Assembly (NCBI GenBank): GCA_014584375.1
Contig: JACTMZ010000103.1
Coordinates: 90 to 64,089 of the forward strand
DNA length: 64,000 bases
Direction: 5' to 3'
Source: Verrucomicrobiota bacterium
Lineage (GTDB): Bacteria; Verrucomicrobiota; Verrucomicrobiia; Chthoniobacterales; JACTMZ01
The translations under genes and the position numbers were made by a program. Within the stretch, counting starts at the first letter, position 1. Each line of letters begins with the position of its first letter. The notes under the pieces were generated by a model. It had not been told where the DNA came from, made no database searches, and worked only from the letters and a program-made list of their open reading frames with translations. Positions 37,371 to 46,684 of the stretch are shown piece after piece.

Positions 37371-40300
37371 TCAAGGAATCATGATCCCGAGGGAGCAGAT
37401 GATGCGGGGTTCGCGGGCGTGGGCTTCCTCGATTGGGGTGCAGAGGCGGTCTTCCTCGTGGAGGGTGAGGACGAGTTCGGCGAGTTTTTCGTGGGAAACG
37501 TCGGCGCGCAGGTCACGGCTGAGCAGCTCGCGGGCGTGCTCACTAAGCGGGGCAGCGTAGATGGCATCGAGAGCCTGGTGGAGGGCTTTGATGTCGAAGA
37601 GCGTGCCTTGGACTGCGGCGGCGTGGTCTTTGAGCCGTTCATAGACGCGGCGGCGGGTGCTGCCGGGTTTTCCGAGCTGACCGCCGGTAGTGCTGTGTTC
37701 CTGCTGGATGCCGGTGACGGCCTGGCGGACGAGGTCGTGGTGATTGGCCAGGCGCGGCAGAGCGGGTGTGGAGGGCTCGCACTCGGCGGCGCGGAGGATT
37801 TCATGCTGGCTCTCGGTGACGGTGCGGCCCTGTTCGTCCACCCAGGCGAGGGCATCGTGGCCATCGGTCGTGCGGATATAGACCATGGCACCGGAAGCGG
37901 GCTGCACGCCGCCGGTGGCGGATGCCGGACGCGGCGGGACGGCGGAGAGTGCCTTGGTGCTAAAGACGACATTGGCGAGATTCGGGATCGTCTGGCGCAG
38001 GGCGGGATCGGCATCGCTGGCGTTTTTCCAAATCTGCCAGGCGAGCGAGGCAAGATCTACCTCGCCGTCCTCGGGGTCGTCGAGGGTGCCGCCTTTTTCG
38101 GTGAAGAGATCCTGGAGGAGGTGGTCGTGGCGCTCGTCCTCGAAGAAGGTTTCATCGGTGCCGACGACTTGCGCATTTTCATCAAGACGCTGGCGGATGC
38201 GCTCGCGCAGGCGAATGAGCCGATTGACGCCATCCGCCGGAAGGAAGGAATAGCATTGAATCTCCTCCGCCTTCTGCCCGATGCGGTCCACACGGCCCGC
38301 GCGCTGGATGAGGCGGATGATGGCCCAAGGCAGGTCGAAGTTCACCACCACGGCGGCGTCCTGGAGGTTCTGACCCTCGGAGAGCACGTCGGTGGCGATG
38401 AGGACGCGAAGTTCCTCGGTGGTGGAGACTTTGTCGCGCGCCTTGTTGCTCTCCGGGCTGAAGCGCCGCGTGAGGAGAGCAGGTTCCTCGGTGTTCCCGC
38501 AGACCGCGGCGAGACGGGTGACGCCGCGCGCCTTCAACTGCGCGGCAAGGTAATTTACCGTGTCGGAGAACTGCGAGAAAATGATCACCTTTTCATCGGT
38601 GTGGGTCTGGGTGAGCAGCTTGTGCAACTCGGCGAGCTTTTCGTCGCGCTCCGGCTCCCAGGCGCCGGACAGCTTGAGCGCGGAGAAGAGACGTTCGGCG
38701 TCCTGAAGTAGGTGTTCGCCAAGGCCGGGAACGAAGAGATCCGTCCGCAGCCAGTCAAAGTTTCGCACATGGGCATGACGCAGGAGGTCGTAGGCCTGCG
38801 CGGCGACGGCTCGGAAATCCTCCAGCGAGGTGGCCGTGATCTCCGTCAGTTCGGGCGGAACGTCCTCCGTCTCCTGGCCGAAGAGACTGCTCTCGCTGTC
38901 GGCGTCCTCATCGCGCGTGTCGAACAAGGCGGTGTCCTGCGTGCCAATGGGCAGCGGCAGGCCGTTTTCGATGGCGTGGAGGGCGATAAAGTTGCGCAGG
39001 ATGTGGCGGCGCAGCGAGAGGAGGAAGGAGTGGCCGCTGCTTTCGAGGCGTTTGAAGAGATTCGTGCGGCAAAAGCCAATGAGGCGCTTGCCGGCGCGGG
39101 AGAGATTGCGCATTACCTCCGCCTCATCCTGCGAGGGCGGCGTGTCGAGCGTGGGACGGATGTAGTTTGCCAGCCCGTAGCGCGGCAGGTGCAGGATGCG
39201 GATGGTGTCAACCACGGCGTCGGAGTAGAGCTTCGCAAACTGGTCGTTGGGACTTTTTTCGCGAATGCGAAACTCCAACTTCTTCGGTTTGCGTTTCGGG
39301 AAGTGGAAACGGGTGCCGTCCTCGAGCAGCAGGAAGCGGCGGGCTGTGCCATCCCTGGCCGTGCCGCATTTCGGGCAGGCCTCCTGCACGCCGGAGAGGA
39401 TACCGTCGCACTCCGGACACGGCGACCACGCGTAGTTGGCCTCCACAAAGCTGCGCGTGCGGCGCACCATGTAGAGGCGCATCATTTCCCGCCAGTCGTC
39501 GGCGTGGCCGCTTTTCTCAAACGCGGCGAGGCAGTTCACCGGGCACTGGTGGCGGCGGGTGAATTCGTCCACGCGGCTGTCGCAGTCGCGGCGTAGGTAT
39601 TCCTCCGGGCGAATCGGAAGGGTCGCATCGGCATCGAGAAAGAGGCGGAGCTGGCTGGCCAGATCGAGGTAGGACTTGTTGTAGGGCGTGGCGGACAGCA
39701 GGATGACCTTGCAGCCGTTGCGCGAGATGTAGTCGCGGATCGCCGACCACCGGCGGCCCGCACGGTTGCGTAGGTTGTGGCTTTCATCAATGATGACAAC
39801 GCGGTAGCGGCGCAGCTCGGGCAGGATATTTTGCACCTGGGTGGCGGAGACAACCTTCGCGATGAGCCGGTAGCGGTGCGCGTAGTCCTCCCACATGCCG
39901 CAGAGATTTTTCGGGCAGACAATGAGCGTCTCCAGCGAGCGCGGCGGATCCTGGAAAACCCGCGCCAACGCAGTCGCCATGAGCGTCTTGCCGAGACCAA
40001 CCACATCCCCCAGCACCACGCCGCCGCGCTTCTCCAGCTTGCCCGCGGCCATGCGCACGGCCGCAGCCTGGAAATCGAGGAGTGTGTTCCGCAGGTCGGC
40101 GGGAATCTGAAACTCGGAGAGCCCGGCGCGCGCCTCCTCGGCCAGGTGGTAGGCCATTTTGATGTAAATCCAGTAGGGCGGCAGTGTGTCCAGTCCGGCC
40201 CAGCTTTCCTCGATGACCTGGATCAACTCCTGCGTGATGTCCACACACCAGCGGTCGTTCCAGCGGTCCTCAAACCATTTCGCAAGCTTCTGTGTCGCGT

Positions 40301-40844
40301 CGTGATCGAGTACATCGACATTCAACTCGCCCTGATGCGAGAGGCCTGAGAGCGTGAGATTGCTGCTGCCGAGAAAGCCGGTGATCGGGTTGTTCGGGTC
40401 ATCGCGGAAACACAGGTAGAGCTTTGCGTGCAGCGTGTGACGGAGGAAAAGTTTCACAACCACCTTGCCCGCTTTGAGCTGGGCGGCCAAGCGGCGCAAT
40501 CCCTTTTCGTCGGCGTCTGTGGGAGTGCCCAGTGTGAGCTGCTCGCGGAATTCTTCCGCCAATTTGCGTTTCAGGCGGATGACGCGTTGATTGCTGATTT
40601 CTTCGTTGCCGGTCGAGAGGCTCAGCGCATCGCGTAATTCGTCCCGCTCCGATTTTTGCATCCCTACCAACAGGCGGCACTGATTTCCCTCACCGCCGGG
40701 CCATTGCTCAATTGCTGAATCAATCGCCTTCCATCCGCGCAAATTGAAATAGCCGACGCAGAAATCCGACCGATGCCCCAAAGTGAGTGTTTGCTCAAGG
40801 GCGGGGAGGAGATTCTGTTCGATGTTGTCGAAAATCCGGGGCAT
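37371..40844 (-). CDS. HKD (phospholipase-D superfamily) nuclease domain fused to an SNF2-family helicase/translocase
   Basis: 1157 aa.
- Single HKD motif [26 protein letters not shown]: HAK = 40422-40430 (verified), motif to 40359.
- SF2 motif [10 protein letters not shown] (39984-39998).
- Motif II DESH at 39777-39788 (verified).
- CPEC-x10-CPKC zinc-ribbon-like insert (39366-39419).
- Motifs IV-VI: [34 protein letters not shown].
- About 290 aa of C-terminal region with no motif I recognise. Confidence 0.9.
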   Translation of the reverse strand: MPRIFDNIEQNLLPALEQTLTLGHRSDFCVGYFNLRGWKAIDSAIEQWPGGEGNQCRLLVGMQKSERDELRDALSLSTGNEEISNQRVIRLKRKLAEEFREQLTLGTPTDADEKGLRRLAAQLKAGKVVVKLFLRHTLHAKLYLCFRDDPNNPITGFLGSSNLTLSGLSHQGELNVDVLDHDATQKLAKWFEDRWNDRWCVDITQELIQVIEESWAGLDTLPPYWIYIKMAYHLAEEARAGLSEFQIPADLRNTLLDFQAAAVRMAAGKLEKRGGVVLGDVVGLGKTLMATALARVFQDPPRSLETLIVCPKNLCGMWEDYAHRYRLIAKVVSATQVQNILPELRRYRVVIIDESHNLRNRAGRRWSAIRDYISRNGCKVILLSATPYNKSYLDLASQLRLFLDADATLPIRPEEYLRRDCDSRVDEFTRRHQCPVNCLAAFEKSGHADDWREMMRLYMVRRTRSFVEANYAWSPCPECDGILSGVQEACPKCGTARDGTARRFLLLEDGTRFHFPKRKPKKLEFRIREKSPNDQFAKLYSDAVVDTIRILHLPRYGLANYIRPTLDTPPSQDEAEVMRNLSRAGKRLIGFCRTNLFKRLESSGHSFLLSLRRHILRNFIALHAIENGLPLPIGTQDTALFDTRDEDADSESSLFGQETEDVPPELTEITATSLEDFRAVAAQAYDLLRHAHVRNFDWLRTDLFVPGLGEHLLQDAERLFSALKLSGAWEPERDEKLAELHKLLTQTHTDEKVIIFSQFSDTVNYLAAQLKARGVTRLAAVCGNTEEPALLTRRFSPESNKARDKVSTTEELRVLIATDVLSEGQNLQDAAVVVNFDLPWAIIRLIQRAGRVDRIGQKAEEIQCYSFLPADGVNRLIRLRERIRQRLDENAQVVGTDETFFEDERHDHLLQDLFTEKGGTLDDPEDGEVDLASLAWQIWKNASDADPALRQTIPNLANVVFSTKALSAVPPRPASATGGVQPASGAMVYIRTTDGHDALAWVDEQGRTVTESQHEILRAAECEPSTPALPRLANHHDLVRQAVTGIQQEHSTTGGQLGKPGSTRRRVYERLKDHAAAVQGTLFDIKALHQALDAIYAAPLSEHARELLSRDLRADVSHEKLAELVLTLHEEDRLCTPIEEAHAREPRIICSLGIMIP

Positions 40845-40951
40845 CCGTAATCTTTGACTGCGTCAACATTGATTCTCAAGCCGACTTTCTGCGGGTGGAT
40901 TTGAAAATTCGCGTGCTTGCGGCGGCGGGGGAGCGGGGGCACAGTGCGGGG

Positions 40952-41743
40952 ATGCCGCTTCTTTCCGTTCGCAATCTCCGCACGTGTTTTCCCGTGTTTG
41001 GCGGCGTTTTTCGGCGGCCGGTCGGGGAAATCCGCGCAGTGGATGGAGTGAGTTTCGACATTGAGGCGGGGCGGACGGTCGGACTGGTTGGGGAAAGTGG
41101 CAGCGGAAAAACGACTGTGGGACGAACGATTCTCAAGCTGACCCCGTCCACCTCGGGAGAGGTTCTTTATGAGGGACGGAACATTCTGCCGCTGAGCGAA
41201 GGGGAGTTTCGTCCGCTGCGCAAGGAAATGCAGATGATTTTTCAGGATCCTTTCGGATCGCTGAATCCGAGAATGACTGTTTTTGCGATTCTTGCGGAGC
41301 CATTGGAAATTCATTTTCCGAAAATGACCCGGAACGAGCGTCGCGAGCGTGTTGCGGAACTGTTGCGGCTGGTCGGCCTCCCGGAGGATGCCATGGGACG
41401 GTATCCGCATGAATTTAGCGGAGGTCAGCGTCAACGCATTGGCATCGCCCGCGCCCTGGCTGTCAATCCGCGTTTCATCGTCTGCGATGAGCCGGTGAGC
41501 GCCCTGGATGTGAGTGTGCAGGCGCAGATTGTCAATCTGCTCCAGGATTTGCAGGAGCAGTTGGGCATCGCCTATTTGTTTATCGCGCATGATCTGGCCG
41601 TGGTGGAGCACGTGAGCGATCAGGTTGTGGTGATGCACCGGGGGCGGATTGTTGAATCGGCGCCGGCGGACGTTATTTACTCCGATCCGCAGCACGATTA
41701 TACGAAGAAGCTGCTGGCATCCGTTCCACGGCTTGCCGCCTGA
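40952..41743 (+). CDS. OppF/DppF-type ABC transporter ATP-binding protein; no cognate permease or binding-protein genes nearby
   Basis: Walker [10 protein letters not shown], signature [15 protein letters not shown], Walker [13 protein letters not shown], and the oligopeptide-type C-terminal tail ([15 protein letters not shown]). I moved the start to the ATG at 40952 (MPLLSVRNL...). Confidence 0.85.
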   Translation: MPLLSVRNLRTCFPVFGGVFRRPVGEIRAVDGVSFDIEAGRTVGLVGESGSGKTTVGRTILKLTPSTSGEVLYEGRNILPLSEGEFRPLRKEMQMIFQDPFGSLNPRMTVFAILAEPLEIHFPKMTRNERRERVAELLRLVGLPEDAMGRYPHEFSGGQRQRIGIARALAVNPRFIVCDEPVSALDVSVQAQIVNLLQDLQEQLGIAYLFIAHDLAVVEHVSDQVVVMHRGRIVESAPADVIYSDPQHDYTKKLLASVPRLAA

Positions 41744-41753
41744 TTTGTCGCTC

Positions 41754-42923
41754 ATGATTTCCATCGCCCGAAAACTTCTTTCACTGCATTGGTTGCTGCT
41801 CGTCCTCGCCGTTTTGCTCGGAATTTTTGGCATTTACGCCATTTACAGCGCGACATGGATGCGCGAGCAGACGTTTTGGAATCGTCAGTTGGTGTGGCTG
41901 CTGGTGGGGTTTGTGCTGTTTTTGGGGGTGTCATTGACGGATTACCGTTGGATTCGCAAAGGGGCGCTGCCGCTCTACATCGCGGGTCTGGCTGGGCTGC
42001 TGGCCACGCATTTTTTTGGTCAGGAAGTTTATGGCGCCCGGAGTTGGCTGGATTTTGGCTTTTTTAATTTTCAGCCATCGCAGCTTGCCCTGATAGCCGC
42101 CGTGATGGTGATGGCCATTTTTTTGGCGGACTACGAAAACATGCCGCCGATTCTTCGCATTGCGCTTTGCGGCGTGATCGTGGCGGCTCCCTGGTTGCTT
42201 GTGCTCATACAGCCCGACCTGGGTTCCGCCATTGTGTGGATGCCCGTCGTGATGGCGATGCTTTACGCCGCACGTGTTCCCGGACGCTATTTGATCACCC
42301 TGTTGCTTTTGGCTGTGGCCGTTGTTCCGCTGATGGTCAATTTCGGGCTCAAACCCTACCAGCGTCTGCGCATTGTCACCTTTTTGGATCCCGATCTGGA
42401 TCCGCGCGGCGCGGGATGGACGATCAACCAATCATTGACCGCCATCGGCTCCGGTGGATGGGACGGGAAGGGGTTTAAGGCGCCGAACACCCTCAATGAG
42501 CTGGGTTTTTTGCCGAGCACGATTGTTCACAACGATTTTATTTTTTCGGTGATTGGCGAGCAGCACGGTTTTGTGGGGGGATCGTTGTTGTTGCTGGGCT
42601 ATCTGCTTTTGATTGCCGTCGGACTTTATATTGCGTTGAAGGCGGGGGATGATCTGGGCCGCTTGCTGGCCGTGGGATTGACGACCCTTTTATTCACGCA
42701 TGTCTTTATGAACATCGGCATGACAATCGGTGTCACTCCGATCACCGGACTGCCGCTGCCGCTGGTCAGCTATGGCGGATCCTTTTTATTGACGGTGCTT
42801 TTCAGTCTCGGTGTGTTGCAAAGCATTTGGATCCATCGTGGGACGGTGTCGGTGTCGCAGCGTTTGGAAAAAATAAAGCCGGCGCGTGGGGCGATATTTC
42901 CCGGCGCGACGGGCTTGCGTTGA
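41754..42923 (+). CDS. SEDS-family peptidoglycan glycosyltransferase (RodA/FtsW)
   Basis: 389 aa with about 10 TM helices and SEDS motifs (QPSQLA, DLGSAIV, GWTINQSLTAIGSGGWDGKG, DFIFSVIGEQHGF, TGLPLPLVSYGGS). The ATG at 41754 is 10 nt after the ATPase stop. Confidence 0.85.
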   Translation: MISIARKLLSLHWLLLVLAVLLGIFGIYAIYSATWMREQTFWNRQLVWLLVGFVLFLGVSLTDYRWIRKGALPLYIAGLAGLLATHFFGQEVYGARSWLDFGFFNFQPSQLALIAAVMVMAIFLADYENMPPILRIALCGVIVAAPWLLVLIQPDLGSAIVWMPVVMAMLYAARVPGRYLITLLLLAVAVVPLMVNFGLKPYQRLRIVTFLDPDLDPRGAGWTINQSLTAIGSGGWDGKGFKAPNTLNELGFLPSTIVHNDFIFSVIGEQHGFVGGSLLLLGYLLLIAVGLYIALKAGDDLGRLLAVGLTTLLFTHVFMNIGMTIGVTPITGLPLPLVSYGGSFLLTVLFSLGVLQSIWIHRGTVSVSQRLEKIKPARGAIFPGATGLR

Positions 42924-42952
42924 GGCGCAAGTCGGGCGATAATGGTCTGTTC

Positions 42953-43783
42953 ATGTCGCCCGCCCCAATCACAAGACTGCTTTCCCTGCTTGTTGCTGCA
43001 TTAATTTCTGCCGCAACCGTTGCACAGGGGGCGAGTTTTGAGGAGCAGGCCCTGCGGCTTCGGGAGAGCGTTCTTTTGCGCGTTGAACCCATGCTGCCGC
43101 GCACCCAGGCTCCCAGTCGTGCGGGAAACTCCCGCCGTTACCCCTGGAAAAACAACATTGTCACCACCGTTTTTTGGATTGGTGAGCTGCCGACAGTCAA
43201 TAATCCGGTGCCAAACACCAAAAGTTCGTGGGACAAGGAATGGGTGCGAAGCTACGGAGGGTTTGACGATCCAGATCCGCGCGGGCGCAGGGGGTATTTC
43301 CCGGCGCGTTTTATTCCGAGACAGAATCCCTTTTATGTGGCGCTTCCCTATAATGATGTCACTCAAGGTAAGACCAAGCCCGAGGCACCCCGGGTGATTC
43401 CGTGGTTTCGTGAGGCATTTGTGCGCGCAGGGGAGTCCGTGTGCAAAAGCCGCTGGGTGGTGGTGCGGGCACGCGGACGCGAGGCTTATGCTCAATGGGA
43501 GGATTGCGGTCCCTTCCGCACCGATCACTGGCAATATGTCTTTGGAAATCAGCGACCGCTTCCAAATCTCAATCAGGGGGCTGGGTTGGATATTTCGCCC
43601 GCCCTGCGCGATTATCTCGGCATGCGGGGCAAGGATGTGGCGAGCTGGCGTTTTGTGGAATTTCGGGACGTGCCGCGCGGACCCTGGGCGCAGTTCGGTG
43701 ACAACAACACTTTTGTCCAGCAGCGCCGCCGCGCCGACTCCCGTTTCGCCGGATCAGGCGGAATGACTTCGGGAAGCAATTGA
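42953..43783 (+). CDS. secreted hypothetical protein
   Basis: Signal peptide (LLSLLVAALISAATVAQG) when started at the ATG at 42953. The coding composition is good. No family confidently recognised. Confidence 0.55.
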   Translation: MSPAPITRLLSLLVAALISAATVAQGASFEEQALRLRESVLLRVEPMLPRTQAPSRAGNSRRYPWKNNIVTTVFWIGELPTVNNPVPNTKSSWDKEWVRSYGGFDDPDPRGRRGYFPARFIPRQNPFYVALPYNDVTQGKTKPEAPRVIPWFREAFVRAGESVCKSRWVVVRARGREAYAQWEDCGPFRTDHWQYVFGNQRPLPNLNQGAGLDISPALRDYLGMRGKDVASWRFVEFRDVPRGPWAQFGDNNTFVQQRRRADSRFAGSGGMTSGSN

Positions 43784-43810
43784 GGAAAAGGCGGGGGGCG
43801 GCTTTTGTCT

Positions 43811-43833
43811 GCTTCAAGAATACTTGAGGCTTT
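43811..43833 (+). terminator. candidate intrinsic terminator after the secreted-protein gene
   Basis: GCTTCAAG-aata-CTTGAGGC (8-bp stem with one G-U pair) followed by TTT, 28 nt after the stop at 43783. Confidence 0.35.
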
Positions 43834-43891
43834 GCGGAGGCGGTACTTGCGGAGAAAGCCTGAAAAGTGTTTGCTTTGACGTTTATTTCCT

Positions 43892-46674
43892 ATGGCACAA
43901 GCAAGCAATGAGGCGATGAAAGCCGAAGAACGAATTTATTCCCGGGCGGACAAGCTGACGGCGGCTGTGACGACTGTTGTGGCCGGGGCGGTTTATTTTT
44001 ACACGGCACAGCCCAATGTCGGATTGCTGGACTGTGGACAATTCTTGTCTGGCTCTTTCAGCTTTTACCCATTGGCAATGCCGCCTGGGAGGTGAATTTG
44101 TTCAGCGGTCTGTGCGGTGCGTTGGCTGTGGGAGTGACGACCCTGCTGGCTTCCAGCATGATCCGCTGGATGACGCCGTTTTGGAGTGTGCGGAATCAGG
44201 GGGTGTCATCCGTTGTCGCGGCTTTGATTTCGGGGAGTTTCGGGCTGTTGTTTGCCTTTAGTTTTTCATTTTGGACGCAGGCGGTCATTGCGGAGGTTTA
44301 CACTTTGCACGGATTGTTGGTGGGGCTGTATATTGCGTCGCTTTATTGGTGGGTGCGTCGCCCCTCCCGGGATTTGCCGATTTTGGCGGTGTTTTTCACG
44401 TTCGCGCTCTGCATGAGCAATCACCACCTGACGCTGGCTTTGGCGCCCCTGCCACTGTTGGTTCCGCTCTTAATCCGGCGCAGCGTGTTTTGGGAGGTGT
44501 TGGTTGCCTCCCTGCTTAGTGCGTCCATCATCTATCTCGGCTTTGGCTGGCTTTCCAAAGATCTCACCACATGGCATACGGCGATGCGGTTTTTCTATCT
44601 TGCCATGGCGGCCTTTGCTGTGCTGCTGGTTTTCAAATGGCAACGCGCCGACGTTCGCCTTGTTCTGCTTGTTCCCCTGGCTGTGATTCTCGGTCTTTTG
44701 CCCTATGCGTATATGCCGATCGCATCCTCAACCAATCCTCCGATGAATTGGGGCTATACACGGACACCCGAAGGCTTTTTCTACTCCATCAATCGCACGC
44801 AGTATGCCGGAAGTTTGTCAGATCTGGTCGTTCGCACCTTGGGCAAGGGCGTGGGGACGGCTCCGGAAAAACCGCCCGCGCGTCCTGATCCGACGCGCAT
44901 TTCGACGATGGAACTTGGACGTGAATTTGCGTCGTATTATTGGGGGAAACTTTTGGAAAACTTTACGCTTTGGTCCGCCATCGCGTTTTTCGCCGCCATT
45001 CTTGCGATTTTTCGCCTTCCGTTGTATCAGCGAACTTTTTTATATCTTCTGATTATCGGATTCATGCTGGCCGCCTTTTTGCAGCCGGTGATGGAGCGAA
45101 CGGAGGTTACGATAGACGTGTGGTCGTTGCAGTTTCCTTATCACGGCTATGCTTATTTGTTCTTTGCCTTGGTGTGCGTGGTGGGCACGGGATACGTTTT
45201 GACGCGCGCGGTGGATGCCAGGCCGTTTTTGCGTCATGCGGCTTGGATTCTGCCCTTTTTGCCGCTTTGGACACTGATTCAAAATGAGCCTCTGTGCAGT
45301 CAGCGCGGGCATTGGTTTGGCTGGGAGTATGGTCATGACATGTTGAAGGATTTGCCGCGTGGCGCCTTTGTGTTCGGCGGCACGGATCCCGGGCGTTTTG
45401 TCCCCACTTACATGATCCTCGGCGAAAGTTTTGTGGATCCGAAATATCGCCGTGATCCTGATTTTGACCGCCGGGATTTGGTGATTGTGACGCAAAATGC
45501 GTTGGCGGACGCCTTTTATCAGCGATATATCCGGGATCATTACGCTCCGGAGCGTCCGGAGGCGCGCGGATGGTTTGAAAAATGGCTGGAGCGGGGCAAA
45601 CAATATCCGACGGACACCACTGTTTTGCCCAAGGAACAGGATATTGTGAACATCGTCCGCGAGGCATCGCAGAATCTTCCGCCGGGAGTCAGTCCCCAGG
45701 ATCCAAGCGTTGGTGTCCTGTATCACAGCGCCATTGCGCGATGGATTTTTGATCACAACAAGAACAACCGGGAATTTTTCGTTGAGGAAAGTTTTCCGAT
45801 GGAGTGGACCTATGCTTATGCGGTTCCGCACGGCTTGATTTATCGTTTGAACAAGGAGCCGTTGGACAGCCTGCCACCCGAGGCGGTCGCGGAGGATTTT
45901 CGCTATTGGGACGCCTATGTGAAACGGCTGCTTTCGGATGAAAAATACCAGAGGGATTTTGACGCCAAGCGATCCTTTTCAAAACTGCGCAATTCCATCG
46001 CCAACATTTATCGGTGGCGAAAAATGTGGCCGGAGGCCGAGCGCGCCTACCGTCAGTCCCTCGCATTGCATCCGAACAATTTGGAGGCGCTTCTTGCCAT
46101 GAGCGACATTTTGCGAATGCAGAAGAGGTGGGGGGATCTGGAGGAAATTTGGGATCGCGCAGTGGCCGGCGATCCGACCAATCGTTCCATTAAAAGAGCG
46201 CGCGCGCGGATTCCGCGTTTGCGGGAGATTGATCGTGAAATTCAGACGCTCAAAGGCGAGCTGGCCGCAAATCCGCAGGATGGGGGGACGCTTTCCAATT
46301 TGTTGAGGCTTTATATGGAGGCGGGGCAGCCCGAGGAAGTGCGTGAGCTGTTGAGTGAATCCATGAAATCTTACGGTGACAACATTGATTTCCTGAGATT
46401 TGCCGTTGATTTTTCCAATACAAACGGTCAGTGGCAGGCGGGATTGGAACCGGCTCGCAAACTCGTGCAGTTGGTTCCCAACGATCCCTCGTTGTGGCTC
46501 GCCCTCGCACGATTCGAATTCGCCAATCGCCAGACAAATGCCTTCCTCGACGCCGCACGCAAGGCCGTTCAGCTCGGAGGTCAGCAGGCCAAGATGATCA
46601 TTGCCAAGGATCCGCTTTACGCACAGATACGGGGTTCCCAGGAATTCGCCCGCCTGCTCGGCGCCGGCTCCTGA
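43892..46674 (+). pseudogene. DUF2723-type membrane glycosyltransferase-like protein with C-terminal TPRs, disrupted near its 5' end by a frameshifting deletion
   Basis: ORF 43892-44095 encodes the family N-terminus (...AVYFYTAQPNVGLLDCGQF, compare the family pattern T.aPtv.fwDsGEF). The body is in another frame: open from 43912, conserved from ILVWLFQLLPIGNAAWEVNLFSGLCGALAV at about 44041, with ORF-track GTG start at 44092. The intervening conserved HPPGYP segment is missing. The remainder is intact: many TM helices (FWTQAVIAEVYTLHG) and TPRs. Confidence 0.6.
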
Positions 46675-46684
46675 GACGCCGGGA

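Larger units (their letters stand above)
32254..40844 (-). other. three-gene candidate defence operon (HKD-SNF2 nuclease-helicase / AlbA_2-HATPase_c_4-wHTH / m6A methyltransferase with TRD)
   Basis: Three long ORFs on the same strand with 18-nt and 47-nt gaps, flanked by unrelated housekeeping genes. See the individual CDS entries and the findings. Confidence 0.75.

Noticed and set aside
37326-40349. Plus-strand ORFs 37326-38711 (461 aa), 38712-39596 (294 aa) and 39777-40349 (190 aa).
   Set aside because: All are antisense to the HKD-SNF2 gene, whose helicase motifs are verified on the minus strand. The sequences are G/A/R/E-rich shadow ORFs.
32254-40844. Calling the three-gene block a mobile element or genomic island with defined ends.
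   Set aside because: I found no integrase, transposase, tRNA target or flanking direct or inverted repeats by eye. Only compositional hints and the htrA tail support an insertion, so I report it as an operon, not a mobile element.
32254-40844. Classifying the block as DISARM, BREX, type I or type ISP.
   Set aside because: The defining components are missing: no DrmA or DrmB/DUF1998; no PglZ, BrxC or BrxL; no HsdS or HsdR; and it is not a single-chain Mrr-helicase-methyltransferase. Only partial domain overlap exists.
40664-41833. A 389-aa minus-strand ORF bridging the island edge and the OppF-like gene.
   Set aside because: It is antisense to the ABC ATPase (Walker A/B and signature verified on the plus strand). 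It also overlaps the HKD-SNF2 5' end in another frame. It has no motifs.
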